NCBI GenBank assembly: GCA_049512315.1
Contig: JBEKXF010000015.1
Span: forward strand, 1-64,000
DNA: 64,000 nucleotides
From: Candidatus Aminicenantales bacterium
Lineage (GTDB): Bacteria > Acidobacteriota > Aminicenantia > Aminicenantales > Saccharicenantaceae
Reading direction: 5' to 3'
The notes under the pieces were generated by a model, which saw only the letters and a list, made by a program, of their open reading frames with translations, was not told the origin of the DNA and did no database searches. Within the stretch, counting starts at the first letter, position 1, and every line of letters starts with the position of its first letter. This document shows positions 19,496-28,898 of the stretch, in pieces. A program made the translations under genes and the position numbers.

Positions 19496-20373
19496 AGCTA
19501 TCGACGAGCTGGGGGCGGGACCGGGACGCGCGCCCGCGGCCGGGCGTGGCGGGGCTCGCCCTCGCCGCGACCCTCGTCCTTCAAGCTGCGTCTCCGGCAC
19601 TCCAGCAGGCGCCGCGGGCCGCTCCGCCGGCGGTCCAGGCCGTCAAGGAGCAGACCGGCAGCTACGGCATCAGCGCCCATCTCTTCATCATCGGGAATCT
19701 GGGCGAGGCCGGGTCCATGACGATCGAGTCGGCCCTCCGGCCGGACGGCAGGCGGCTGGAGAAGTTGCTGCGCATGTCGGGCGCCTCGAACGAGGCCCAG
19801 ATCAGGAGGAACAGGGATTTTCGCGGCGATTTCAGCCTGCTCAAGGTCTTTCCCCTCAGGCCCGATGGGTCCGTCGATAAAGAGGCCGTCGCGGAGTGGC
19901 GGGGCTTCGAAAGCTCCTCGTCAGGGTTCCTGAAACTCAACAAGAAATACCAGGCGGAAAAGATCGCGTTCTTCCGGGACCACGCCGTCTCGGCCCGGGA
20001 GAACGGGACGGAAAAGCGGGTCGAAGGCAGCTACGGCTCCATCCTCTCGCCGCTCGAATACATGACGGACCATGACCTCAAGGTCGGCCAGGTCTTCGAA
20101 ACGCCCTTCCTCCTAAACGGCATCCCGCGCGTCTTCCGGTGCGAGGTCACCGACCTCGACACTCTCTCCGAATACCGGACCCGGGCCTATCGCGTCGATA
20201 TCTGGGCCGTCGAAAAGACGACGGGCGCCGACAAGGCGCCCAAGGACGTCTGGAGGAAGAAGGGCAATGTCCGCGTCTGGTTCTGCAAGGACGGGCCTTA
20301 CCGGAACGAGATGCTGCGGATGAAGATCAAGTTCCGCTGGTATCTCTGGCTCTATTTCGACCTCAAAAGGTAA
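19492..20373 (+). CDS. Exported hypothetical protein (DUF3108-like beta-rich fold, tentative)
   Basis: ATGA overlap with the radical SAM stop; signal-like N-terminus; ends in beta strands (NVRVWF, RMKIKF, LYFDLK). Confidence 0.6.
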   Translation: MKLSTSWGRDRDARPRPGVAGLALAATLVLQAASPALQQAPRAAPPAVQAVKEQTGSYGISAHLFIIGNLGEAGSMTIESALRPDGRRLEKLLRMSGASNEAQIRRNRDFRGDFSLLKVFPLRPDGSVDKEAVAEWRGFESSSSGFLKLNKKYQAEKIAFFRDHAVSARENGTEKRVEGSYGSILSPLEYMTDHDLKVGQVFETPFLLNGIPRVFRCEVTDLDTLSEYRTRAYRVDIWAVEKTTGADKAPKDVWRKKGNVRVWFCKDGPYRNEMLRMKIKFRWYLWLYFDLKR

Positions 20374-20410
20374 AAAAAGGGACAGCCCCGTCCGGAAGGG
20401 ATTGTCCCCC
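20372..20410 (-). terminator. Intrinsic terminator between convergent genes (T-tract on the nrdJ strand)
   Basis: GGGACAG...TTGTCCC hairpin preceded by an A7 run on the plus strand. Confidence 0.55.
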
Positions 20411-20454
20411 TTGTTCTCTTTCACTATTTCGTATCGGCGGCGGGCTTCAACCTT

Positions 20455-22539
20455 TTAAGCGCACTTGCTCCAGCCGCAGTTCGTGCAGACCGGACACTTC
20501 TCGTCGGGGAGCAGGGCCCCGCAGATCTTGCAACGGACCGTGTAGAAGTCCTTGGCGTTTTGCCGGACCTCGCCGAAGTGCTTCTCCAGGACCTTGGCGA
20601 TCGCGTCCGGGATGGACTGGATGAGCCCGCCCTCGGTGAAGATGGGCTCGGAGCCGCCGATCCCCTTCAGCTGCTGGATGACCTCCTCGGCCTCGACCCC
20701 GCTCCGGAGGGCGAGCGAGATGAGCCGGCCCAGGGCCTCGGCGTCGGCCATGGTCGAGTAGCCGCTCTTGCCGATCGAGGCGAACACTTCGAACGGCTTC
20801 TGGTTCTGGAAGGAGATGGTCACGTAGAGGTTCCCGAAGCCCGTCTTGATCTTGTCGGTAATGGACGGCAGCGAGGTCGGCCGGCCCTGCGGGTGCACGA
20901 TCTCGGTCCCGTTCTTGTAGAGAACCTGGCTTTCCCGGCAGCCGTCGCGGTAGATCGTGATGCCCTTGGTCCCCAGGTCCCAGGCCAGCCGGAAGGCCTT
21001 CTCGACGTCCTCGACCGCCGCCTCGTGGGGGAAGTTGATGGTCTTGGAGACGGAGTTGTCGACATGCTTCTGGAAGGCCGCCTGCATCCGGACGTGCCAC
21101 GCGGGTGAGACCTCATGGGCCGTCACGAAATATTCGGGTAGCGGCTTGTCCGGGTTCTTGGCCTTCCATTCGCCGTAGATCGGGTGGACGTCCTTGAGCT
21201 CGGAATCGAGGATCTTCGACACCACCTCGAAGGCGAAGACCGGCTCGATCGACGACGAGCAGCCGGCGATGCGGGAGATCGTCCCCGTGGGCGCGATGGT
21301 GAAGACCGTCGCGTTCCTCATCTTCGAGCCCTTGTAGACCGACCGGCCGATATTCGGGAAGCTCCCCCGCTCCCCGGCCAGCTCGCGCGACGCGGCCACG
21401 GCCTCCTTGCGCAGGAAAGCGGCGACTTTCTCGGCTAGGGTCAGGGCCTTCGGCGTGTCGTATTTGACCTTCATCAGGAGGAGGAGGTCGGCCCAACCCA
21501 TGACGCCGAGCCCGATCCGGCGGTTGCCGCGCGTCATCTGCTCGATCTGGGGCAGCGGGTAGCGGTTGACCTCGATGACGTTGTCGAGGAAGCGGACGCC
21601 GAGCCGGATCGTCCGGGCGAACCTCTCCCAATCGAACAGGCCCTTCTTGCGGGGGTCGTAGAAGTTGACGAGGTTGACGGACCCGAGGTTGCAGGACTCG
21701 TAGTCGTGAAGGGGCTGTTCGCCGCAGGGGTTCGTGGCATGGATGGGGCCGAGGCCCGCCGTCGGGTTGCCCCGGTTGACGCGGTCGATGAAGATCAGGC
21801 CGGGATCGCCCACGGCCCAGGCGGACTCGACGATGAGCTGAAAGACCTTCCGGGCGTCCTTCTGCCCCGCGGACTTTCCCGTGTGCGGGTCGACGAGGTC
21901 GTAGGGGCGGCCCGCCTTGACGGCGTCCATGAAGTCGTCCGTGGCGGCGACCGAGATATTGAAGTTCATGACGCTCTTGCCGTCGAGCTTCATCTGGACG
22001 AACTCCTCGATGTCGGGGTGGTCGACCCGGAGGATGCCCATGTTGGCGCCGCGCCGGGTCCCCCCCTGCTTGACGGCCTCGGTCGCGGCGTCGATGACGC
22101 GGAGGAACGACACCGGGCCGGAGGCGACGCCCTGGGTCTTGCGGACGAAGCTCCCCCGGGGCCGGAGCCGGCTGAAATCGAAGCCCGTGCCGCCGCCCTC
22201 CTTGTGGACGAGGGCCGCGTTCTTGACGGTCTCGAAGATCGAGTCGAGCGAATCCTCGATGGGCAGGACGAAGCAGGCGCTCAGGCACATGCCCCGGCCG
22301 GCGCCAGTCAGGGTCGGGCTGTTCGGCAGGAAGTCGCGGCCGGCCATGATCCGGAGGAACTCCTCGGCGTATTTTTTCCGGTCGGCTCTGGACTTTTCGG
22401 CCGAGGCGATGTGGACGGCGACGCGCCGGAAAAGGTCGGCGGGGGTCTTGTCGATGAGCTCGCCCTTCTCGTTCTTGAGGAAGTAGCGGGCCTTGAGGAT
22501 CTTCAGGGCGTTTTCCGAGAATCCGGCGGTTTCGGTCAT
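20455..22539 (-). CDS. nrdJ: Class II (adenosylcobalamin-dependent) ribonucleoside-diphosphate reductase with TSCPD domain and C-terminal Zn ribbon
   Basis: PNSPTL, LSACFV, GGGTG, RRGANMG, TNPCGEQ, SCNLGS, IAPTGTIS and YRDG motifs; C-terminal CxxC...CxxCxxC. Confidence 0.93.
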   Translation of the reverse strand: MTETAGFSENALKILKARYFLKNEKGELIDKTPADLFRRVAVHIASAEKSRADRKKYAEEFLRIMAGRDFLPNSPTLTGAGRGMCLSACFVLPIEDSLDSIFETVKNAALVHKEGGGTGFDFSRLRPRGSFVRKTQGVASGPVSFLRVIDAATEAVKQGGTRRGANMGILRVDHPDIEEFVQMKLDGKSVMNFNISVAATDDFMDAVKAGRPYDLVDPHTGKSAGQKDARKVFQLIVESAWAVGDPGLIFIDRVNRGNPTAGLGPIHATNPCGEQPLHDYESCNLGSVNLVNFYDPRKKGLFDWERFARTIRLGVRFLDNVIEVNRYPLPQIEQMTRGNRRIGLGVMGWADLLLLMKVKYDTPKALTLAEKVAAFLRKEAVAASRELAGERGSFPNIGRSVYKGSKMRNATVFTIAPTGTISRIAGCSSSIEPVFAFEVVSKILDSELKDVHPIYGEWKAKNPDKPLPEYFVTAHEVSPAWHVRMQAAFQKHVDNSVSKTINFPHEAAVEDVEKAFRLAWDLGTKGITIYRDGCRESQVLYKNGTEIVHPQGRPTSLPSITDKIKTGFGNLYVTISFQNQKPFEVFASIGKSGYSTMADAEALGRLISLALRSGVEAEEVIQQLKGIGGSEPIFTEGGLIQSIPDAIAKVLEKHFGEVRQNAKDFYTVRCKICGALLPDEKCPVCTNCGWSKCA

Positions 22540-22577
22540 TGTGTCCTCTCTGTTGGATCGATCAAGTGGGGGATAAA

Positions 22578-22606
22578 ATTATAATCCCGCGGCGGCGTTT
22601 TTTCAA
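22578..22606 (-). promoter_or_regulatory. sigma70 promoter of nrdJ
   Basis: TTGAAA-N17-TATAAT on the minus strand, about 40 nt upstream of the ATG. Confidence 0.6.
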
Positions 22607-22618
22607 GAATTGAAGGTT

Positions 22619-22694
22619 AATTACGGTGACACACAACTAAATACACTAAATAGGGGTTCGGGGTTATTTCGGTAATGAGTTGTGTGTCACCAAA
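22619..22694. repeat. GGTGACAC-type palindromic intergenic repeat, copy B
   Basis: 36 nt identical to the left arm of copy A and 29/30 nt identical in the right arm; only the loop differs. Confidence 0.9.
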
Positions 22695-22839
22695 TTAAAA
22701 ATTAACGCGCGCGGCGCCGAGCGAGAGTCTTGACGACGGCGGGCCGCAGGCGGAAGATGGATGCGGCAATGAATATCGTCGCTGGCCCGCATCCAATCTC
22801 GCCTCGGGCGAGTTTAAAGGAGAGGAAGGGAGAAAAGCC

Positions 22840-23700
22840 GTGCGAAAAACCACCTACGCTCTTTTTGCCGTCGTCCTGGCCCTGGGGCTTGCCGCCTGCG
22901 GCGGCGGTATGATCACCTACGTGACCGACAGCCGGCCCGTCGAACGCGAGATCGCTGTCGACGGCAAGTCCGATGATTGGGTCGGGGCCCTGAGCGCCAT
23001 CAGCGAGGCGAAGGCGGAAGAGGGATTCCTCAACGACCAGGGCGTCCTCTACATCTGCCTGATCACGGAGGACGAGTCTCTCCGCCATCAGATCGCGCGG
23101 GGGGGCCTGACGGTCTGGTTTGACCCCAAGGGCGGGGACCAGAAGGTCCTGGGCATCAAATATCCCCTGGGGATGCCCCGCCGGGAGCGCCCGTCGGCGG
23201 AGAAAGAGGAAGGCGGCCAGCCCGCCCAAGAACCTGCCGAAGCCGATACGTCCAGTCTCGAGATCCTGAGGCCGGGGGGCGGCGCGCCGCAGAAGCTGGC
23301 CATCTCCGATGCCAAAGGTCTCGAAATCGCCTCGTCCTCAGGCGGGGAGCTTTTCGTCTATGAGCTGAAGATCCCGCTCCAATCGACGGCCGAGAATCCC
23401 ATCGCCCTCGGGGCGGCGCCCGGGACGAAGGTCGGAGTGGGGTTTGAAGTGCCTAAAAGCGAGGGAGGGCGCGGGTCCGGCCGGCCTCCGGGCGGCATGG
23501 GCGGACGCGGAGGAGGCATGGGCGGAGGGATGGGCGGTGGCGGCGGAATGTTCGGCGGCGGCGGTCGAGGACACAGGGGAGGAGGCATGGGCGACCGCGG
23601 GATGGAACAATCGGCTGGGCCCAAAGGCCTGAAGGTCTGGACGTACGTCAAATTGTCCGCGGGCAAGAGCCTGGCACCTGCGAGACCCGTCATTAATTGA
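22840..23700 (+). CDS. Lipoprotein with Gly-rich low-complexity segment
   Basis: Lipobox LAAC; VDGKSDDW motif; GGMGG repeats. Confidence 0.75.
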   Translation: MRKTTYALFAVVLALGLAACGGGMITYVTDSRPVEREIAVDGKSDDWVGALSAISEAKAEEGFLNDQGVLYICLITEDESLRHQIARGGLTVWFDPKGGDQKVLGIKYPLGMPRRERPSAEKEEGGQPAQEPAEADTSSLEILRPGGGAPQKLAISDAKGLEIASSSGGELFVYELKIPLQSTAENPIALGAAPGTKVGVGFEVPKSEGGRGSGRPPGGMGGRGGGMGGGMGGGGGMFGGGGRGHRGGGMGDRGMEQSAGPKGLKVWTYVKLSAGKSLAPARPVIN

Positions 23701-23825
23701 CCGGGCTCTTCGCGGGGCGAGCTTCTCTCGCATCCCTAGGCCCGGCCGCGTCTGATCTGGTACAATAGCCACTCATGCCCCGCGACAGGAACAGCCGCGC
23801 GGGCCAAGGTCAAGGAGCAGGAACG

Positions 23826-24356
23826 ATGACAGAACCCGTAACCCCCGCAAAGCTGGATGAACCCGGCATCGACCCCGAAGCCTGGGTGGCGCCCGGCGCT
23901 GTCGTCGTCGGGAAAATCACCGTCCGCCGCGGGGCCAGCGTCTGGTACGGCTGCGTCCTCCGGTCGGACATCGCGGGGACGGAGATCGTCGTGGGCGAAG
24001 ATTCCAACGTCCAGGATGGCACGGTCATCCACGTGGACGAGAACATGTCCTGCCGGATCGGGGCCCGGGTGTCGGTCGGCCACCGGGCCGTGCTCCATGG
24101 GGCGACGATCGAGGACGATTGCCTGATCGGCATGGGCGCGGTCGTCCTCTCCGGCGCGAAAATCGGCAAGGGCTCCGTAATCGCCGCCGGGGCCGTGGTC
24201 CTGGAGGGGGTCGAGATCCCTGCGGGAGTCGTCGCGGCGGGCATCCCGGCCAAGGTCAGGCGCGAGGTCACGGCCGCCGACCGGGCCCGGATGGAGAACG
24301 GCTGGAAGGTCTACACCCGGCTCCGCGAGCTCTACCGGCTATCAGGATCGAAATGA
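23826..24356 (+). CDS. Gamma carbonic anhydrase family protein (YrdA/PaaY-like)
   Basis: SVWYGCVLRSD, NVQDGTVIH and VGHRAVLHG Zn-ligand motifs; hexapeptide repeats. Confidence 0.92.
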   Translation: MTEPVTPAKLDEPGIDPEAWVAPGAVVVGKITVRRGASVWYGCVLRSDIAGTEIVVGEDSNVQDGTVIHVDENMSCRIGARVSVGHRAVLHGATIEDDCLIGMGAVVLSGAKIGKGSVIAAGAVVLEGVEIPAGVVAAGIPAKVRREVTAADRARMENGWKVYTRLRELYRLSGSK

Positions 24357-25027
24357 GTCCAAAGTCTCCGGTGTACGGAGCGGTGATCTTCGATCTCGAC
24401 GGGACGCTCCTCGACACGATCGACGACATCGCTGTCGCCATGAACCGCGTCCTCGAGAGCCGGGGTCTCGGGTCCTACGCGATCGAGGCCTACAAGACGC
24501 TCGTCGGGGACGGGGCCGAGGAGTTGGTCCGCCGAGTCCTCTCCTCTCGCCCTCTCGCGGACGAGGAGATCGCCGGCATCCTCCGGGACTACCGCCGCGA
24601 ATATGACCTCTGCTGGAGGGCCCACAGCCGGCCGTACCCGGGAGTCCCCGAGCTCCTCGAAGAGCTGGCCCGCAAGGGTATCAAAACGGCCGTCCTCTCG
24701 AACAAATCCCATCCGTTCACGAAGACAATGACGAGTGAGCTTTTGGCTCCTCACCGGTTCGACGTCGTCCGCGGGGCGATGCCCGGGGTCCCGCTCAAGC
24801 CGGACCCGCGGCCGGCCCTGATGATCGCCTCGGAGATGGGCCTCCCTCCCGCCTCGGTCGTCTTCCTGGGCGACACGAACGTGGACATGCTGACGGCCGT
24901 GGCCGCCGGGATGCTCCCGGTCGGGGCGCTGTGGGGGTTCCGGAGCGCGGCCGAGCTCGAGGCGAATGGCGCCGCGGCCCTCGTCGCCTCCCCTCTCGAC
25001 CTCCTCGGCTATTTCCCCGCCGGCTGA
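24353..25027 (+). CDS. HAD-family hydrolase (phosphoglycolate phosphatase-like)
   Basis: FDLDGTLLDT, LSNK, KPDP and GDTNVD motifs; ATGA overlap with the previous gene. Confidence 0.92.
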   Translation: MSPKSPVYGAVIFDLDGTLLDTIDDIAVAMNRVLESRGLGSYAIEAYKTLVGDGAEELVRRVLSSRPLADEEIAGILRDYRREYDLCWRAHSRPYPGVPELLEELARKGIKTAVLSNKSHPFTKTMTSELLAPHRFDVVRGAMPGVPLKPDPRPALMIASEMGLPPASVVFLGDTNVDMLTAVAAGMLPVGALWGFRSAAELEANGAAALVASPLDLLGYFPAG

Positions 25028-25252
25028 TCCTCTTCATACTCCTCCCGGCCGGCCATCCGCCTTCCACGCCGGTCAAATAAGCCTTCCCGTCCCCCCCTCA
25101 CCCCCTCCGCCCCGAGGGTGCTTTTCGGGGTGACAAGGGGTGAATCAAAATCACCCTCCGTTTCACCCGGACGGGCTATTGGCCCCGTGCCGGCCGGGCC
25201 TATTATGGGGGCTGAGAACCAATGCGCAGGACCATGAATCCGAGGGATAGCC

Positions 25253-25630
25253 GTGATGACTGACAAGCGCAAAGAGCGGAGGATCCGGGAGGAGAACCGG
25301 GTCATCATCGAGGTCCCCGGCAAGTGGGGCCCGGAGGGCGGGCCCGAGATCAACGCCTTGACCCAGGACATCTCCCTGGGCGGCGCCAGGATCCTGATGA
25401 TGGACGAGTTCTTCCCCGTCGGCTCCTTCCTCAAGATGACCCTGTACCTTTCGAGGTCCAGGCAGATTGTCAAGGTCCACGCCAAGGTCCGCTGGGCCCG
25501 GACGATCGAGAACAGTTTCTACGAGATGGGCGTTGAATTCGAGCACGGCATCCCGGCCAGCGTCATGGCCCTCATCAACCATCTTTACAGGAAGGAGCAA
25601 AATGTCCCTGCCACGATCCAGGCCAAGTAG
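25253..25630 (+). CDS. PilZ domain-containing protein
   Basis: RKERR (RxxxR) and DISLGG (DxSxxG) c-di-GMP-binding motifs. Confidence 0.88.
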   Translation: MMTDKRKERRIREENRVIIEVPGKWGPEGGPEINALTQDISLGGARILMMDEFFPVGSFLKMTLYLSRSRQIVKVHAKVRWARTIENSFYEMGVEFEHGIPASVMALINHLYRKEQNVPATIQAK

Positions 25631-25847
25631 ACGGCCGGCGCGTCCGGAGGTTCGCCGGGGCGGTCAGCCCGCCTCATCGCTCGGGATGAGAGGGCGGGCC
25701 GAAATATCCTTTGGCCAATCGTCCGGAAAGGTGATTGTCATGGCGGGGGGCGCATGTCACACTGCCCGCGGAAGATACGGATATGGTCCGATCGAAAGAA
25801 AACGAACGAAAGGCCTGGCCCCCGGGGCCAAGGCATAGGAGGGTCCC

Positions 25848-27095
25848 ATGTTAGAGCAATTCGAAACCCAAAAAGAGCTGGCCTCGGTCTTCGACGGCAT
25901 CGAGGGCCAACTGGATAAGTCCCTGGCGACCCAGAAGGACGCCATCGAGAAAAGCCTGGTCGAGACGCTCAACCGGGAAAAAGAGGAAGCCCAGAAGAAG
26001 GTCGAGGCCGTGGAGCAGGAATTCGCGGATGGCAAGCGTATCCTCGAGAAGCATAAGGCCGCCCTGGCCGAGCTCAAGGCGGCCAAGGAGCAGATCCAGA
26101 GCCAGATCAAGGGGCACCTGGACCGGGCCCTGAGCTGCCGGCAGATGATGGAGAAGATGTCGAGCCAGGCCTATGAGGAGTTCGAGAAGATCACCCATCT
26201 TGGGATGGAGCTCGATGGGATCCGGCACCGGGCCGAGGAAGAGACCGACCGCCTCCAGAAGCACCTCGACGAGAAATACGGCATCAAGGCCCAGTTCCAA
26301 GCGGCGTTCGAGCCCGGCGAGACGGCGGCCGACCTGAGGCAGGAGATGCTGAAGATGAAGAAGGTCCGGGACCTCCTCGAGGCCGGGAAGGAGCCCGCGA
26401 CATCCGTGACATCGGAGACGCCCGGCGTAGAAACCCAGCCGGAGCCCCAGGCCGACGCCCGGGCTGCCGAGACTTCGGCGCTGGCCGATTTCTATGCCCA
26501 GGAGCCGTCGACCCCGGACGTCGAGACGTCAGCCGCAGAAGCGGAACCAGCGCCCGAAGAGCCCGGGGATTTCGAGCAGGAGGAACTTCGGATGCTCCTC
26601 GACCGTCTCGCGCAGTACCGCCGGACGGAGCCCGTCTATAACGGGACGGAGTTCGCCTATTTCCTGAAGGGTAAGAAGATGGTCCTCGACAGCGAATCGT
26701 TCGTCGGCACGGTGACCAGGATCTCGGACATCGCCAAGGGGCTTCACCTCAACCTCGGCCAGAAAGAGATGTCCAAGGACCTGTTCCTCATCAAGCAGGA
26801 GATCCTCAACCAGCAGGAGATCCTCCGGAAGGCCTTCCTCCGGGTCGTCCGGTTCTGCGAGAAAGAGGACGGGGCGGTCCCCCAGTACATCGCCGACGTG
26901 ATCAACGTCCGCATCCTCAAGGACATCCTGGAACGGCTGACCTTCGGCAATTGGAGCAATCCCGCCGATTTCAGCTCCTTTGCGGAGCACGTGAACAACC
27001 TGAAGGCCGCCTTCAATACGAAAGTCGCCCCCGCCCGGGATTACCTCAACTCCGTCCTCGAGCAGCTCGAAGGCGGGCCGGACATCCTGAACTGA
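25848..27095 (+). CDS. Hypothetical coiled-coil protein
   Basis: 415 aa; AGGAGG RBS; heptad-rich N-terminal half and acidic Pro/Glu linker. Confidence 0.75.
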   Translation: MLEQFETQKELASVFDGIEGQLDKSLATQKDAIEKSLVETLNREKEEAQKKVEAVEQEFADGKRILEKHKAALAELKAAKEQIQSQIKGHLDRALSCRQMMEKMSSQAYEEFEKITHLGMELDGIRHRAEEETDRLQKHLDEKYGIKAQFQAAFEPGETAADLRQEMLKMKKVRDLLEAGKEPATSVTSETPGVETQPEPQADARAAETSALADFYAQEPSTPDVETSAAEAEPAPEEPGDFEQEELRMLLDRLAQYRRTEPVYNGTEFAYFLKGKKMVLDSESFVGTVTRISDIAKGLHLNLGQKEMSKDLFLIKQEILNQQEILRKAFLRVVRFCEKEDGAVPQYIADVINVRILKDILERLTFGNWSNPADFSSFAEHVNNLKAAFNTKVAPARDYLNSVLEQLEGGPDILN

Positions 27096-27105
27096 CGGGA
27101 ACCGG

Positions 27106-28335
27106 TCAGATAATCTCGAGCTTGTCCTTTTCCGGGAGCTTCGGGAACGGCGCGTGAGGCTCCTGCTGGTACCAGAAAGCGACCGAAGCGATATCGTCCT
27201 GGAGCGGCAGGTACCGCCCCCCCGACATCCAGCCCAGGGCCTGGATCGTGACCTTTAGATCGTCGTCGAACCGGACCGGGTCCATGATGTGCCAGCGGTA
27301 GAGGCCGAAGCGCTGCTGGACCTGGTAGTGCCCGTCGCCGCGGATGACCTGGGCGAGGCCGGTGTACGGCGTCGTGAATTCGTGGTACTGAACGGAGCCG
27401 TCGGGCGCCTTGGCGTCGAAGTCGTACGAGCCGCAGAAATAATCCTCCGTCCCCGTACCGCAGATCGTCGGGAAGCCTGTGTCTCCGTCGATGAAGAACT
27501 TGATCTCACCCTCGCCCCACCAGCCGTTGTTATTAACCCCCCAGGCCAGGTAGGTCCCGACGTAATGGCCCCAGCCCTTAACTCCGTCGAGGATGGTGTA
27601 GACGCTCTTGGCGGGGAGCGGATTGACGCGACGGAACTGGGCGTGGAAGTATGCGGCGTCGGCGGGGACCTCGGTCTCCGTGTAGTTGATCTGGTAATAG
27701 ATGGTAAAGTCAATGTCGGCGATATTCTCGAGCGTGATCCTGAAGCCTTTGCGGAAGGGCATCTCCCAGTAGCAGTTGAAGGCGCTTCCGGGATTGACGC
27801 AGACCGGGAGCGAGGAGATCTGGGCGTACTGACCCCAGCCGCAGGCGAAGAAGTCGCCGAGCGGGCATTCGACCGAGGGCGTCGTTTCGCCGTCCCAGTA
27901 GAAGCGGATAATAGCGAAGCGCAGGGTGCCGGCGGGCGTGCACCAGATCTGCTGGATTGCGCCCTGGCCCTTGACGTCGGCCATGACGAAGGTCTGCTTG
28001 GGCTTGATCGTGACGAAGGGCGAGACCTTCCAGCCCTGGCCGAGGTCCCGGGCCGCGTTCTTGGCCGGGCCATCGACGGACATGCCCGCCTTGCCCTTCT
28101 CGCCGGTGAAGTTCTCCGGGCTGATGGACCGCGTCTTGGCGTGGGAGAGGCGGGAAAGACTGCCTAGGCTCATGGAGAGCCCCTTGAAGGCCTTCTCGTC
28201 CTGCGGCCCGGCGGCGGACGGCGAGGTGACGGCGAAAACGAAGATGCCCAGGGCCAGGAGCCCGCAAGCGGTTTTCAACCAGCGAAAGGACGGCCTCTCG
28301 GAGCACCTTTGATCGTGGCACGTATTTTTCGTCAT
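27106..28335 (-). CDS. DUF2961 / glycoside hydrolase family 172 protein
   Basis: SISPENFTGEKG, PSVECPLGDFF, WWGEGEIKFF, GTGTEDYF and YRWHIMDP motifs; AGGAGG RBS before ATG 28335. Confidence 0.9.
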   Translation of the reverse strand: MTKNTCHDQRCSERPSFRWLKTACGLLALGIFVFAVTSPSAAGPQDEKAFKGLSMSLGSLSRLSHAKTRSISPENFTGEKGKAGMSVDGPAKNAARDLGQGWKVSPFVTIKPKQTFVMADVKGQGAIQQIWCTPAGTLRFAIIRFYWDGETTPSVECPLGDFFACGWGQYAQISSLPVCVNPGSAFNCYWEMPFRKGFRITLENIADIDFTIYYQINYTETEVPADAAYFHAQFRRVNPLPAKSVYTILDGVKGWGHYVGTYLAWGVNNNGWWGEGEIKFFIDGDTGFPTICGTGTEDYFCGSYDFDAKAPDGSVQYHEFTTPYTGLAQVIRGDGHYQVQQRFGLYRWHIMDPVRFDDDLKVTIQALGWMSGGRYLPLQDDIASVAFWYQQEPHAPFPKLPEKDKLEII

Positions 28336-28446
28336 GCACTCCTCCTTTGGCGGATTTTTTGACGGCATCGGCCCGATACCCTGATCGCCCCCCATTCTAA
28401 TCCATCTGAATTTGGGGACACAATGCTCATTTCCGAATTCGTTAAG

Positions 28447-28694
28447 TTTGGGGTCGGACCTCAGTAACCAATTGATAATAATTAATATAATCATTTTTGT
28501 AAGCCCTTTTTTAGCCCTAAGTCTTCATTTTCAGGCCCGAAAACAACGACTTAAGAGCCCGTCAATGCACAACTAGGAAAATTACCTTAAGTCCGCGTTT
28601 ACGGGGGCAAAAAGGGCAATTTAAGGCCGAAAAAAGGCTGCGAAAATGAGTCAAATGATTTTTTTTCTTGCAGTTACTGAGGCCCGACCCCAAA
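28447..28694. mobile_element. 248-bp non-autonomous (MITE-like) derivative of the Y1-transposase element
   Basis: 22-bp terminal IR with 21/22 match; two 40-bp subterminal palindromes (28516-28555, 28586-28625) matching those around the transposase at 35.7-36.7 kb; only 30 bp between them. Confidence 0.88.
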
Positions 28695-28773
28695 TTCCAG
28701 TCCGTCCCCTTTGGGAGGACAGTCCCTATCTGCCCCACCCGACGCGTCGCCAACAAAAAACTAAAATCGCGTC

Positions 28774-28841
28774 TTGACAACCTCTCTTTTCGGCTCTATG
28801 TTATAAACAATGATATTGGTCATATGACCAATATCATTGTT
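28774..28841 (+). promoter_or_regulatory. sigma70 promoter followed by a 36-bp perfect palindromic operator
   Basis: TTGACA (28774-28779)-N17-TATGTT (28797-28802); palindrome AACAATGATATTGGTCAT|ATGACCAATATCATTGTT (28806-28841). Confidence 0.8.
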
Positions 28842-28898
28842 CGTTCAGCTTATGGCTGTTGCGGCCGCGTTTCCCGAACCCGGCCGCCGGAGGCACCG

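Noticed and set aside
22540..22700. NrdR boxes or cobalamin riboswitch upstream of nrdJ
   Set aside because: Only a weak ACACTAAATAGG resemblance that is part of the dispersed repeat; no B12-box seen
23470..23600. GGCGGC/ATGGGC tandem-like repeats
   Set aside because: Explained by the Gly/Met-rich coding segment of the lipoprotein
25080..25175. Clustered GGGTG/CACCC motifs upstream of the PilZ gene, considered as a c-di-GMP riboswitch or operator
   Set aside because: No recognisable riboswitch consensus; the motifs are too short to support in GC-rich DNA
28336..28494. N-terminal extension of the GH172 ORF in the ORF track
   Set aside because: The extension runs through the miniature element; a strong RBS supports ATG 28335
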